The translations under genes were made by a program, and so were the position numbers. From Pyrodictiaceae archaeon (GTDB lineage Archaea; Thermoproteota; Thermoprotei_A; Sulfolobales; Pyrodictiaceae), in assembly GCA_027036135.1 (NCBI GenBank), contig JALVSY010000007.1, forward strand, positions 1,173,480-1,237,479: DNA of 64,000 bases, read 5' to 3'. This document shows, piece after piece, positions 10,388 to 19,929 of this stretch; position 1 is the stretch's first letter, and each line of letters begins with the position of its first letter. The notes under the pieces were generated by a model. The model was not told where the DNA came from. It saw only the letters and a list, made by a program, of their open reading frames with translations, and did no database searches.

Positions 10388-11164
10388 ATGCTTGGGCTAA
10401 CTGGTATGGGGCTAGCGGAGAGGCTCCGAGAACTATTACCCAATGGGGTCTGTGGAGTAGCGCTGGACATTGATGGGACGCTGACCGAGGAGCGGAGAAT
10501 TGGCTCGTTCCGTGTCTCGCTCGGCGCTATCAGGGCTATCCGCCGCCTAGAGGACAACGGTGTAAGAGTGATGCTGGTGACTGGTAACTCTGCCTACGTT
10601 GTCGCTGGGTTCGCGCGCTACATAGGCGCCTCTGGGCCCCATGTGGCCGAGAACGGGTGCATAGTCTACCAGAGCGGCTCTATATGGAGCGTGTGCAGGC
10701 TCAGCGCTAGGCCCGCAGCGAGGCTCGTCGAGGAGGAACTTGGGGGCCTTGTCACCCCTAGTTGGCAGAACCCTTGCCGGCGCCACGACTACGCCTTCAT
10801 CTCCCACGAGCCAGGCATTGTTGAGCGCGTCAAGGTGTTGCTGACAAAGAGGGGTCTTGACTGGGTGAAGGTGAGCCATAGCGGCTACGCAATCCATCTC
10901 CGCCCACGGGACGCGAGCAAGGGGAGAGGCCTTCTCCACGCACTACGCCTAGCTGGGCTGAGCCCGGGCTGCGTGGTAGCGGTAGGCGACTCTGGCATGG
11001 ACTCGGAGATGCTAGAGGCGGGAGTGGTGCTTGCCGCGGTTGGTAACGCTGAGGAGGAGTTGAGGAAAAGAGCGCACCTGGTGCTGCCTGGCAGGAGCGG
11101 GGAGAGCGTAGAGAGCCTCGTGGACGCGGTCTTCGAGGCGGGACTAGTAAAGGAGAAGAACTAG
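10388..11164 (+). CDS. HAD phosphatase, archaeal phosphoglycolate phosphatase type
   Basis: DIDGTLT, VTGN, AENG, SKG and GDSGMD motifs. Confidence 0.85.
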   Translation: MLGLTGMGLAERLRELLPNGVCGVALDIDGTLTEERRIGSFRVSLGAIRAIRRLEDNGVRVMLVTGNSAYVVAGFARYIGASGPHVAENGCIVYQSGSIWSVCRLSARPAARLVEEELGGLVTPSWQNPCRRHDYAFISHEPGIVERVKVLLTKRGLDWVKVSHSGYAIHLRPRDASKGRGLLHALRLAGLSPGCVVAVGDSGMDSEMLEAGVVLAAVGNAEEELRKRAHLVLPGRSGESVESLVDAVFEAGLVKEKN

Positions 11165-11191
11165 TAGCCAGGAGAGGAGGCGATAAGAGGC

Positions 11192-11587
11192 TTGGAGAAG
11201 CCGCTAGTCCTCCGCGGCAAGAGGACCCAGGGCCTCGGTGTCGGCGGGCGCTACGTCTCAATGGAGTACTACTCTACGTGGTTCCGCCGACTTCTCGGCT
11301 GCGAACCCTATCCGGGCACTCTCAACTTCAGCGGTAAGGCTGATTGGAGGGAGCTAGCTGGGCTCTGTGAGCCGCTAGTCATACCTGAGAAGAGGATGGG
11401 TGATAAGAGGCTTGGAGCAGTCTATGTGTGGAGAGCTAGGCTGAGAACAGTTACTGGTAAGAGAGATGTCTTGGTCATAAGGCCTCTCCTGAGCAGCCAT
11501 GAGCCAACGGTATTGGAGATTGTTGCTTGTGAGAGACTGGCATCAGTGCTCCCCGACGACGAGATAGAGGTTGAGATAGAGTGCTAA
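11192..11587 (+). CDS. ribK: CTP-dependent riboflavin kinase
   Basis: GLGVG..YV, PYPGTLN, IRP and LEIVA motifs. Confidence 0.85.
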   Translation: MEKPLVLRGKRTQGLGVGGRYVSMEYYSTWFRRLLGCEPYPGTLNFSGKADWRELAGLCEPLVIPEKRMGDKRLGAVYVWRARLRTVTGKRDVLVIRPLLSSHEPTVLEIVACERLASVLPDDEIEVEIEC

Positions 11588-12060
11588 GCTCTCCCCAGGA
11601 GCCTTAACAAGGCCTCCCGGTAGGCGGGGAGCTGCCAGGCATAGTATCTCCCTATGCCGAGGCTGGGTCGGGCTCGAGCCTCCCACTAGCTAGCAGAGAG
11701 TGCCCGGTATGGGCTACGAGGTTGTTCTCCTCGAGGAGGCTTAGGAGCCTAGTATCCGCCTCGAGCAAGTAGTCAGGGTTATTGATGGCCTCTACTAGCT
11801 GGTCTACGAGGCCCTCCTGCTTAGCCCTGCTAACTGGCTCAACTAGTCTATCCTCCAGCTCCCTGAGCCACTCGTTTGTGTTCCAGCTATGCGTCGTGGC
11901 TATCTCGAGTAGTCTCCCGGGGTTCCCGCTGATGAGGCTCCATAGCTCCTCCACTACATCTACGCGGCCAGAGAATGGTCTCGGAGCCCCCGGAGCGCTA
12001 GGTCCTCGAGAACCTCTAGCTCCCTCTCCTTGTCAACGAAGGGCACAGCCTTGGCCAGGG
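11584..12060 (-). pseudogene. Internally deleted remnant of a crenarchaeal ATP-binding protein
   Basis: N-terminal FVDKERELEVLEDLALRG jumps to the C-terminal ..SGNPGRL.. and, after a frameshift, LGIGRYYAWQLPAYREAL; the P-loop core is absent. Confidence 0.7.
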
Positions 12061-12099
12061 CCCAGTCTTCCTCTAATATAGCCCTGGTCTCTTCTATGC

Positions 12100-13429
12100 C
12101 TATACTAGTTTCTTTGCCAATTTGTGGAAGTAGCGGCGATAAGTATAGGCGAAGACTATTGACCTAACATAGAGGTCTAGGGCCATGATCAGCCACGCTA
12201 CCAGGGGGCATGATGCCCCGTGGAAGCGGCCCGCCAAGACAAGGCTGGGTGCTACGCGTACCAGGTAGAGACCGGCTAGGTTGATTATTGTCGGCACTGT
12301 TGTTTCCCCGGCACCCCTTATGGCGCCGCTTATGCCCATTACGAGCCCCAGGGCTGGCTCGGAGAGCCCAGCGAGCACTAGGTAGAGGATTACCAGCTTG
12401 CCTATCTCCCAGCTAGGCGCGAAGACTACTGCTGCTAGGGGAGAGGAGGCTATGAGCCCGAGCCCTGCTAGCACCATGAAGCCCGCGCTGGCCTTCGCTA
12501 TCTCCCATTCCCGTTTCTCAGCCCCCGCGTAGTCCTCGGAGCCTACTAGTTGCCCGACCTCGCTAGAGGCGTAGGTCTGGAGAGCGAAGCCCGGCATGTA
12601 GGCGAAGGACTCTATCCTTATACCCACGGTGTGAGCAGCTAGCGCTGCTGTGCCACACCTCGCCACGGCCCCTAGGTAGAAGTAGTTGCCCCCGGCGAAC
12701 AGCATTCGCTCAACCATGGCTGGTAGCCCTACCCTTATCACGCGGTTAGGCCTGTCCACGGGGGAGACCTAGTGTTACCGGGAAGCCTAGGCTCCCCCTA
12801 CCCCGTGCAAGCATGTAAGCTGCGCCAGCAAGGTTCCCGATGTTGCTAGCAAGGGCTGCGCCCGCTACACCCATCCCGGCCCCGAATATCAGCACAGGGT
12901 CAAGAACAGCATTCGTCACCACGGCTACCACGCTTCCCCAGAGAACACCCATGTTAGCCCCAACGGCCCGGTAAGCCGCATCCATCACCATTATCAACGC
13001 GTTGAACGGGAGCCCAGCAAGCAGCACAGCCAAGTAGAGGGTAGCGGTCTCGGCTGTAGCCTCGTTGCTAGAGACGAAGCCCGTTAGGAGAGGCGCTGCA
13101 AGCATCCCAGCTATGCCTAGTGGCAGGGAGACAAGGAGCGAGGCAACAATAGTCTCCCCGAGGATTCTCGATGCAAGGTCTAGCCTCCCGGCCCCATAGG
13201 CCTGGCTAACCACGACCATGGCCCCAACATAGAACATGGCCAGGACAGTGGTTAGGAGCCACTTAACATACCCACCAGCACCAACACCCGCCAAGGCTAC
13301 CGCGCCGAGCCTCGACACAAAGAACATATCAGTAACATTGAGGATGCTGAAAGTGGTCTCAGCCACTACCAGGGGCCAAGCCTCCCTCATAACCCTAGCA
13401 ACAATCCCGGCTAGTTCCCTTACAGTCAT
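12100..13429 (-). CDS. MATE family efflux transporter, split by a +1 frameshift near 12750
   Basis: N-half (DMFFVSRLG, NAVLDPVLIFG..MGVAGAALA) and C-half (RVGLPAMVER, GIRIESFAYMPG) overlap; removing one base joins them as LPRGQANRVIRVG. Confidence 0.85.
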
Positions 13430-13686
13430 ATCAGCAGCACCAAGGCCACGAGGAACACTATTAACTCGTATGCGGTGGGGAAGGAGTACTCCGCTAAGAA
13501 GCCCTAGGCACGGCTCTTGCGAGCTATGCCTAGCCTAGATCCATGCTCGGTGCCATATTATCCGCATAGGCCCCTGTATCAGCGTGGGCTATTATCGCTA
13601 TGGCTAGGTGATACTCGCCTCTGTATCGCTCCAGGTATAGCGCCTCGTTGCAATGAGGGAGAACTTATCTAGGAGCAAAGCTGTCT

Positions 13687-13696
13687 ATACATGTAT
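13687..13696. promoter_or_regulatory. Palindromic operator of the vapBC promoter
   Basis: Perfect palindrome ATACATGTAT ending 14 bp before the RHH antitoxin start. Confidence 0.45.
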
Positions 13697-13710
13697 GTAC
13701 GGGGACAGAC

Positions 13711-13998
13711 GTGTCGGTAACATTTACTGTTCGTATCCCGAGAAGGCTAGCCGAGAAGATGAAGAGGCATAGCGAGATCAACTGGAGCGAGATAGTGAGG
13801 AAGAGTATTGAGGAATACCTAGAGCGCCTAGAAGAGGCAAAGACACGGGTAAGCGCGGCTGAGGTACTAGAGGAGCTAAGAGAAATGGGCCTAGACGAGG
13901 AGCTGCTAGAACCCCTCGGGCCCGATAGGGAGAAGAAGCTCTACGAGGAAATGGTGAAGAAGGAGTGGAAGAGGCTATCTATGACACGAGCGCGGTAA
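13711..13998 (+). CDS. vapB: VapB-type RHH antitoxin
   Basis: TFTVRIP...INWSEIVRKSIEEYL RHH pattern; overlaps the PIN gene. Confidence 0.85.
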   Translation: MSVTFTVRIPRRLAEKMKRHSEINWSEIVRKSIEEYLERLEEAKTRVSAAEVLEELREMGLDEELLEPLGPDREKKLYEEMVKKEWKRLSMTRAR

Positions 13999-14387
13999 TA
14001 GAACTAGTAGCTCGTAAAAGGCAGAGGATACCTGGCTACGTCTCAGCGCTCACCGTTGTAGAGTACCCGCCGGTCCTGCGCTTCGTAGACGAGGTGCTCT
14101 ATCCCAGGAAGAGGGACTACCTACTAGCAACAAAGTGGCAGGCAGAGCTAAGGAAGATAGGCACACCGTTGCCAGCCGTGGACCTAGTAATAGCCGCACA
14201 AGCCTATAACGAGAACCTGGCCCTAGTGACCCTTGACAAGCACTTCAAGCTACTAAAACAACTAGTAGCACCCAGGCTAGAGATAAGGGACACTATCCAG
14301 GGCAATAGCCCTACGCGCCACTATTTTGCCCCGCCACATACCCGGGCTTCTCCCGGGGTGTCTGAATTATGGGTTCTCGGCGCGTAG
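13965..14387 (+). CDS. vapC: PIN-domain toxin
   Basis: YDTSAVIE, VVEYP, DLVIAA, LVTLDKHF. Confidence 0.9.
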   Translation: MEEAIYDTSAVIELVARKRQRIPGYVSALTVVEYPPVLRFVDEVLYPRKRDYLLATKWQAELRKIGTPLPAVDLVIAAQAYNENLALVTLDKHFKLLKQLVAPRLEIRDTIQGNSPTRHYFAPPHTRASPGVSELWVLGA

Positions 14388-14929
14388 AGGTTGAGGCCAA
14401 GATCGTTCTCCCGGGCTGCGACTTGCTAAGAGTCGTTGAGGAGAGGCTTCGGGGCCTCGGCGCTGTGCACGAGAAGAGCGTGGTCGAGGAGGATACTTAT
14501 TATCAGCACCCGTGCCGGGACTTCGCTGAGACCGACGAGGCTCTCCGCATCAGACGAGTAGATGGAAGATATGAGCTCACGTATAAGGGGCCTAAGAGGG
14601 TCATAGATGGCTCCAAGGCCCGCGAAGAGATAACTATACAGCTCACCAGCGCCTCCCAGATGGCTAGGCTGCTTGAGGCCCTAGGGTTCCGCCCAGTAGC
14701 CATTGTGCGCAAGCACCGAGACTACTACAAGCTAGGAGACATAGTTGTTAGCCTAGACGAGGTAGAAGAGCTGGGCTGCTTCCTCGAAGCAGAGTATAGT
14801 GGCGAGAGAGGCCCCGAGGAGGCGGCGAGAGCCATAAGGGAGGCCCTAGAGAAGCTCGGCGTATCGGGCTACGGGTCAACCACCAAGTCCTACCTAGAAC
14901 TAATCCTTGAGTCAAAAAGGAAAGCGTGA
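14369..14929 (+). CDS. cyaB: CYTH-domain protein (class IV adenylate cyclase-like)
   Basis: EVEAK, DEALRIR, LTYKGPK, LGCFLEAE, KSYLEL. Confidence 0.9.
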   Translation: MGSRRVEVEAKIVLPGCDLLRVVEERLRGLGAVHEKSVVEEDTYYQHPCRDFAETDEALRIRRVDGRYELTYKGPKRVIDGSKAREEITIQLTSASQMARLLEALGFRPVAIVRKHRDYYKLGDIVVSLDEVEELGCFLEAEYSGERGPEEAARAIREALEKLGVSGYGSTTKSYLELILESKRKA

Positions 14930-15140
14930 TTCATATACTATAAGGGTGTAGCACGGAGTGCCTTGATCAGTAGTCTATAGTCTACAAAGTTTTTCGAGGC
15001 CTAGCCCTAGAAACTCGTAGGGCTTTTACTTGTCTCGGCTATAATGTGAAGCATTATTTGTCTAATAAGGTGACTTTATTTCTATGGTATATGTGGTTCT
15101 TCTTAGTGCTTCTTTGCAAAAACGATATAAAACTAGAGTG

Positions 15141-15154
15141 ACTGACCGGTCAGT
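15141..15154. promoter_or_regulatory. Perfect 14-bp palindromic operator upstream of the CDF gene
   Basis: ACTGACCGGTCAGT lies between TATA-like GATATAAAA (15124-15132) and SD-like AGGTGA. Confidence 0.65.
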
Positions 15155-15167
15155 TAGGTGATAACTT

Positions 15168-16091
15168 ATGCACAAGCATCTTCACAGTATCGCCGAGGAA
15201 AGAATGTGGGCAGTACTCGCCCTAAACATGGCAATAACGCTCGCTGAGCTAATTGGCGGCATATTATCGGGTAGCGTGGCTCTTCTCAGCGACGCTATTC
15301 ATAATCTGGGCGATGCATTAAGTGTTGCAACAAGCTATGTAGCGATGCTCATAGCTAGGCGCCCAGCAACTGAGAGGTATAGTTTCGGCTACAAGAAAGC
15401 AGAGGCACTAGCAGCGTTCTTTAACTCGAACTTGTTACTCTTCATGCTGGCCCTAGCTCTTCTAGAAGCACTTAGGAGGCTCGTGAGCCCTGCCCCAATT
15501 AATACTGGTACCGCATTAATTGTTACAATAGTAGCCTTGGTAGCGAACACTGGCTCAGTACTGCTCTTACACGGGCATAGTAAGCATAGCATAAACGTTA
15601 GATCAATATACTTGCACATGATAGGTGACGCGTTATCCTCGTTCACAGTCTTATTATCATTATTGATCATACATTATGCCGGGCTTTACGTAGTAGACCC
15701 GCTAGTCTCGATACTGATAGCTCTCTACGTAGCGAGAGAGGCTGTATGTTTACTCAAAGAGGCAGCTAGTATACTAATGGACAGCTCGCCCATAGACCTA
15801 AGAACAGTAAAGGAAATACTCGAATCCATGCCAGGCGTGAGAAACGTACATCATTGCCATGCGTGGCGGTTATCATATCATGAGACAGCCCTTGAGTGCC
15901 ACATCGACGTGGACGGAGACTTATCGATCTCGAGCGCTCAGAGCATAATAATGGAGGCCAAAAGGAAGCTCCAAGCCTTAGGTATTAGCCATGTAACCTT
16001 GCAGCTGGAGAGCGATCTCTGCAAAGATAAGAGCCTAGTATGTAGCATGGCTAGCAATAGAGCTAATATTACTCAATGTAACTCGGTGTAG
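15168..16091 (+). CDS. Cation diffusion facilitator (CzcD/ZitB-like)
   Basis: SDAIHNLGD, FGYKKAE, YLHMIGD and HCHAW motifs. Confidence 0.92.
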   Translation: MHKHLHSIAEERMWAVLALNMAITLAELIGGILSGSVALLSDAIHNLGDALSVATSYVAMLIARRPATERYSFGYKKAEALAAFFNSNLLLFMLALALLEALRRLVSPAPINTGTALIVTIVALVANTGSVLLLHGHSKHSINVRSIYLHMIGDALSSFTVLLSLLIIHYAGLYVVDPLVSILIALYVAREAVCLLKEAASILMDSSPIDLRTVKEILESMPGVRNVHHCHAWRLSYHETALECHIDVDGDLSISSAQSIIMEAKRKLQALGISHVTLQLESDLCKDKSLVCSMASNRANITQCNSV

Positions 16092-16237
16092 GACGAGTCA
16101 ATAACGGAGAGCACTAATAACTACAGCGTCTCTTCGCGCAGAAGCAATAACTTGGATAACGAAATCCTTGGGAACGTGAGAGGTGAAAGTATATTCCTTG
16201 TCTATGTATTTTCTTTAAACCGGGGTTGGCTAGCTAG

Positions 16238-17401
16238 TTGCGCGTAGTCATGGTGTCCCGGGCTCCCCCGGCTTTCTGCGGCATAGCTGAGTATGCTAGC
16301 ATGCTCCTCGAGGCTCTCCGGAGGAGGCATGGTGTTGAGGGCTTCTTTGTCTCGACAAGGGTAGTGGGCAGCACTGATACCTATACAGAGCCCTATAGCG
16401 GCTCGGAGGTCTACCAGTGCTTCACGGAGGACGGTGGCTACCGCGGCATACTAGCCTGCGTCTCCCTACTAGACCCTGGGCCCGACACGGTTGTCCACGT
16501 ACAGCACGAGTACAGCATATTCAGGAGCAAGGAGGAGTTCATAGACGCCCTCACGAGGCTAAGGAAGCTACTAGGCGAGAAGGGAGCCAAGCTCGTAGTA
16601 ACGCTGCACACAGTCGCGCACCCCATCATCCACCCTGACCGCGTAGAAACCCAGCTAGCAATAGGCAAGCTAGCAGACGCGGTAATAGTCCACTCAAGGC
16701 TCATGGAGTACGAGCTAATAGTCCAGGGCGTAGACGCGGAGAAGATACACATGATACCCCACGGCTCAACCCTCAACCCCTACCTCGGCAGAGACAAGGA
16801 GAGGTTGCTGAAGCGACTAGGCCTGGGGGGAGAACTGCTAGACAAGAAGCTCGTTACGACACCGGGCTTCATAAGGCCAAACAAGGGCCTAACAACACTA
16901 CTAAGAGCATACACCCACACAGGCAAGGAGAACCAAGACCTCGCACTAATACTGATAGGAGCACCACAAGGACGCGGCCAACAATACCTCGAGTCACTGA
17001 AACCCTTGCTTGGAAGCACCCAGGGAATAGTCTTCGTGAACAGGTTCCTAAGAAGAGACGAGCTACTAGCACTACTAGCAGCAATAGACATAGTCGTGTT
17101 CCCATACGTCGTGGAGAAATTCTACGCGGTAAGCGGGGCACTACACCTAGCAATGGGGAGCAACAAGCCAGCAATATGCACCAGGGTAGCAAAACTCATA
17201 GAATGCAACGAGCTAGCACCAGAAACAAGCACACCAGCAGGCAAATACAAGGAAATAGCGAGGAAGATAACACTCCTCCTAGAAAACCACGAGCTCGCCA
17301 CAAGCATAGCGGAGAGACTACGGAGATACGCGGAGCAAACAAGCTGGGACAAAACAGCAGACAAGCACATAGCACTCTATGAAACGCTCTCAAGGAGATA
17401 A
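16238..17401 (+). CDS. GT4 family glycosyltransferase
   Basis: CGIAEY, HVQHEY, VTLHT, IPHG, GFIRPNKG, FPY and SGAL motifs. Confidence 0.9.
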   Translation: MRVVMVSRAPPAFCGIAEYASMLLEALRRRHGVEGFFVSTRVVGSTDTYTEPYSGSEVYQCFTEDGGYRGILACVSLLDPGPDTVVHVQHEYSIFRSKEEFIDALTRLRKLLGEKGAKLVVTLHTVAHPIIHPDRVETQLAIGKLADAVIVHSRLMEYELIVQGVDAEKIHMIPHGSTLNPYLGRDKERLLKRLGLGGELLDKKLVTTPGFIRPNKGLTTLLRAYTHTGKENQDLALILIGAPQGRGQQYLESLKPLLGSTQGIVFVNRFLRRDELLALLAAIDIVVFPYVVEKFYAVSGALHLAMGSNKPAICTRVAKLIECNELAPETSTPAGKYKEIARKITLLLENHELATSIAERLRRYAEQTSWDKTADKHIALYETLSRR

Positions 17402-17597
17402 CATTGTTTAGACTCACCACCTCCTTGCTGCTCTTCTTATTTATCACAATATAATAGTAAATAATTGCATAAAGTAGTTAGGACTTGCAAGCTATTCTGA
17501 TATCTTGAAATGTTCTTCTGCGCTTGTATATGGCTCCCTCAATATTGTGTAGTAATATTGAAGGCTAAGATGTAGTGAATCCGATGTTTGTTCTTAG

Positions 17598-18017
17598 TTA
17601 CTCTTTTTGTATAGTTTTCTCGAATGGGTTTATTGCGTTTATTATGTTCTTGAAGTCCTCTGTATTCTCTGTCAGTATGGTCTTTACGTTATGGGAGAGG
17701 TATGTGTAGGCTATGAGCGCGTCCCAGAACCTCTTAGGAGGATGCCTTATGGCTTGGAGAACCTCTTTAATGGTATATGAGCCTATAATGGTTCCTTTGG
17801 CGTGTAGTCTCTCTATGAGTAGAAGCGCGTCATCTAGGGCTACTGGTAGTTTCTTTTTCGCAACGTAGAGGAATTCTGCAACTACTTGTGTCGTGACAGC
17901 GTATTCGCTAGGGTTTCTCAGAATATCTTCCAGCAATGAGAGAGCCCTTTTGTGCTTATCTTCATCGGTGCTATCAATCATGTAGACTAGGATGTTCGTG
18001 TCTAAGCCTTTCTTCAT
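17598..18017 (-). CDS. vapC: PIN-domain toxin
   Basis: LDTNILVY, QVVAEF, FWDALI, ILTENTEDF. Confidence 0.9.
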   Translation of the reverse strand: MKKGLDTNILVYMIDSTDEDKHKRALSLLEDILRNPSEYAVTTQVVAEFLYVAKKKLPVALDDALLLIERLHAKGTIIGSYTIKEVLQAIRHPPKRFWDALIAYTYLSHNVKTILTENTEDFKNIINAINPFEKTIQKE

Positions 18018-18246
18018 ATATTTTTTCCCTCTTTAGCTCCTCGGGGCTCAGTCCTAGCTTCCAGCCTCTTTGGAGCCTCCTTAGCAGCTCTAAATCCGCG
18101 TCCTCGAGTCCTTTGATCCTAAGCAGTATTCCTTCCTGCCTCTTTTCAACAACTAATCTTTCACCGGGCTTTAGCCCTAGTTCCTCTGCTACATCCTCGT
18201 CGAGTACGATTGTGCGCTTATCGCGCACAACAGCCAAGAGAATCAC
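17974..18246 (-). CDS. AbrB/MazE-type antitoxin
   Basis: IVLDEDVAEELGLKPGERL; overlaps the PIN gene. Confidence 0.85.
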   Translation of the reverse strand: MILLAVVRDKRTIVLDEDVAEELGLKPGERLVVEKRQEGILLRIKGLEDADLELLRRLQRGWKLGLSPEELKREKIYEERLRHEHPSLHD

Positions 18247-18351
18247 CTATCCTCCGAATACTATACGAAGTCTGCGGAACCATATATGCTCACTTCTCCT
18301 GGGAAAGAGGCTAGATTGCATCCATGATTATAGCGAGTATATCTCGCTGGG

Positions 18352-18933
18352 CTAGATCCATTCTTTTCCGCATATGGGGCATCTCTTCTCGATTAGTTGT
18401 GCCCCGCATACCGGGCACTTGTTACCAATCGGTTCTAGGCTTGTTCCCCTAGTCTCTAGTAGTGTTGTTAGTCCCCGGGCTAGAGCGGATACGGTCATTG
18501 CTGCTATGTAGGTTAGTACCCAGGGGGCTATGTTGTGGCGCTTGGCTAGGTTCTCGAGGTCGCTTGGTCTGCCCAGCTGGTATAGCCTGGCTGCGTCGTA
18601 GATGAGGAGTGGGTTCTTTGAGATAGCGTTGCTTAGCTTGGCTACCTCGTCGTATTGGCCGTGCCTGACAAGTACTAAGGCGGCTTGGTTTGCTAGGTCT
18701 ATTAGGCGTAGAGGATCCCTTACTGGTAGGCCTCCTCTTACTAGGAGGGGGTATTGCTTGGTCTTTGCGAGCCACTGGTAGAGGTCTAGTAGGCCTGGCT
18801 CTGTGGCTATCATCTCTGCTGCCTTGTTGGCGAGCTCCTGTATCGCTTCCAGGGAGTCCCTGATTATGTCCTGTTTATCGATGCTGTCTGGGAGTATCTG
18901 TTCTAGGAGTATTGCTAGTGGGTCGTTCTCCAT
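18352..18933 (-). CDS. FdhE-like helical protein with C-terminal zinc ribbon
   Basis: Helical body ending CPVCG...RCPICGKEW. Confidence 0.5.
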   Translation of the reverse strand: MENDPLAILLEQILPDSIDKQDIIRDSLEAIQELANKAAEMIATEPGLLDLYQWLAKTKQYPLLVRGGLPVRDPLRLIDLANQAALVLVRHGQYDEVAKLSNAISKNPLLIYDAARLYQLGRPSDLENLAKRHNIAPWVLTYIAAMTVSALARGLTTLLETRGTSLEPIGNKCPVCGAQLIEKRCPICGKEWI

Positions 18934-18990
18934 GGCCTGTGCGCCTACGGGAGAACTCCTTGCTCGCTTGTACCGTTTTGCTTCTTGGTC

Positions 18991-19743
18991 TTATTTGGTT
19001 GTTTCCCGTGTGCTGTAGAGGATTATCGCTGCTGCAATTATCATTGAGGAGCCGGTTATGAGGGAGGCGATTGCGTAGTTTCCTAGTTTTTCTCTTAGGT
19101 TATTTAGCTGTGCTTGTTGCGTGTTGTTTAGTGCTTGTCTCGCCTCCTTTATTATCTGCTTTGCTTCTGCTAGTGTCTTGTTCAGCTTCGAGGGGGGCAT
19201 CGAGTCTATGATTTTCTCCGCAGTGTCTAGGTATTGTTGTATTCGCTGGGGCGGGTTCTTCTCTATCGCCTCTAGGATTTCCAGAGCCTTGGCTGTTAGT
19301 GGCTGTGCTTGCTTCATGTAGCTTGCTAGTTGTTGTAGCACAGGGCCAAGTATTAGGGAGACTAGTGTGTTGTTCTGCCTTGCTAGTTTCTGGAGCTGTT
19401 TTATTGTCTCGTTGTAGTCCTTGCTGTGCGTCAACATGTATGCCTCGATGAGGAGCTGCTTGTCCCGGATAGCCTCGTTGTATATCGCCTTGTAGTCTTC
19501 CAGGGTCTTCTCGATGCTTGGCAGCATGCTTACTAGCTCGCTGTACCTTGTCGTTATGTTTGCCTCTTCTACCTCCTTGATTATTTTCTCTGCCTCTGTG
19601 AGCAGCTCGGTGTAGTTCGCAAGTGTCTTGTTCCAGTTGCTTGTCGCTAGGCTAGCCGAGTAGTGGTGGAGCACTAGGGCTAGGAGTAAGAGCACCACGC
19701 CTGCCCCGAGGAGGGTCCCTGCTACTAGCTCCTTGGCGTGCAT
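18991..19743 (-). CDS. Two-TM coiled-coil membrane protein
   Basis: TM at each end, long helical extracellular region with N-x-T sequons. Confidence 0.7.
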   Translation of the reverse strand: MHAKELVAGTLLGAGVVLLLLALVLHHYSASLATSNWNKTLANYTELLTEAEKIIKEVEEANITTRYSELVSMLPSIEKTLEDYKAIYNEAIRDKQLLIEAYMLTHSKDYNETIKQLQKLARQNNTLVSLILGPVLQQLASYMKQAQPLTAKALEILEAIEKNPPQRIQQYLDTAEKIIDSMPPSKLNKTLAEAKQIIKEARQALNNTQQAQLNNLREKLGNYAIASLITGSSMIIAAAIILYSTRETTK

Positions 19744-19929
19744 TGCCTAGTCACCGGTCTTCTCCCTGTTGCTACTCTACTGGTGAGGCTTGGGGAGCAA
19801 TATATCGGTTCTCGATACTTCTGTGCCTCTAGGGGGTTAGGCTTATAAACTGGTACTTGGTGGGACTCATTATTTGTAATGAGTGGTGGAATAGAGTAAC
19901 TTAGCCGTGGAGGATGCTTAGTAGCGGCC

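Noticed and set aside
13426-13655. Fragmentary minus-strand coding remnant (..GFLAEYSFPTAYELIVFLVALVLLI)
   Set aside because: Too short and interrupted to assign; possibly a decayed transporter end
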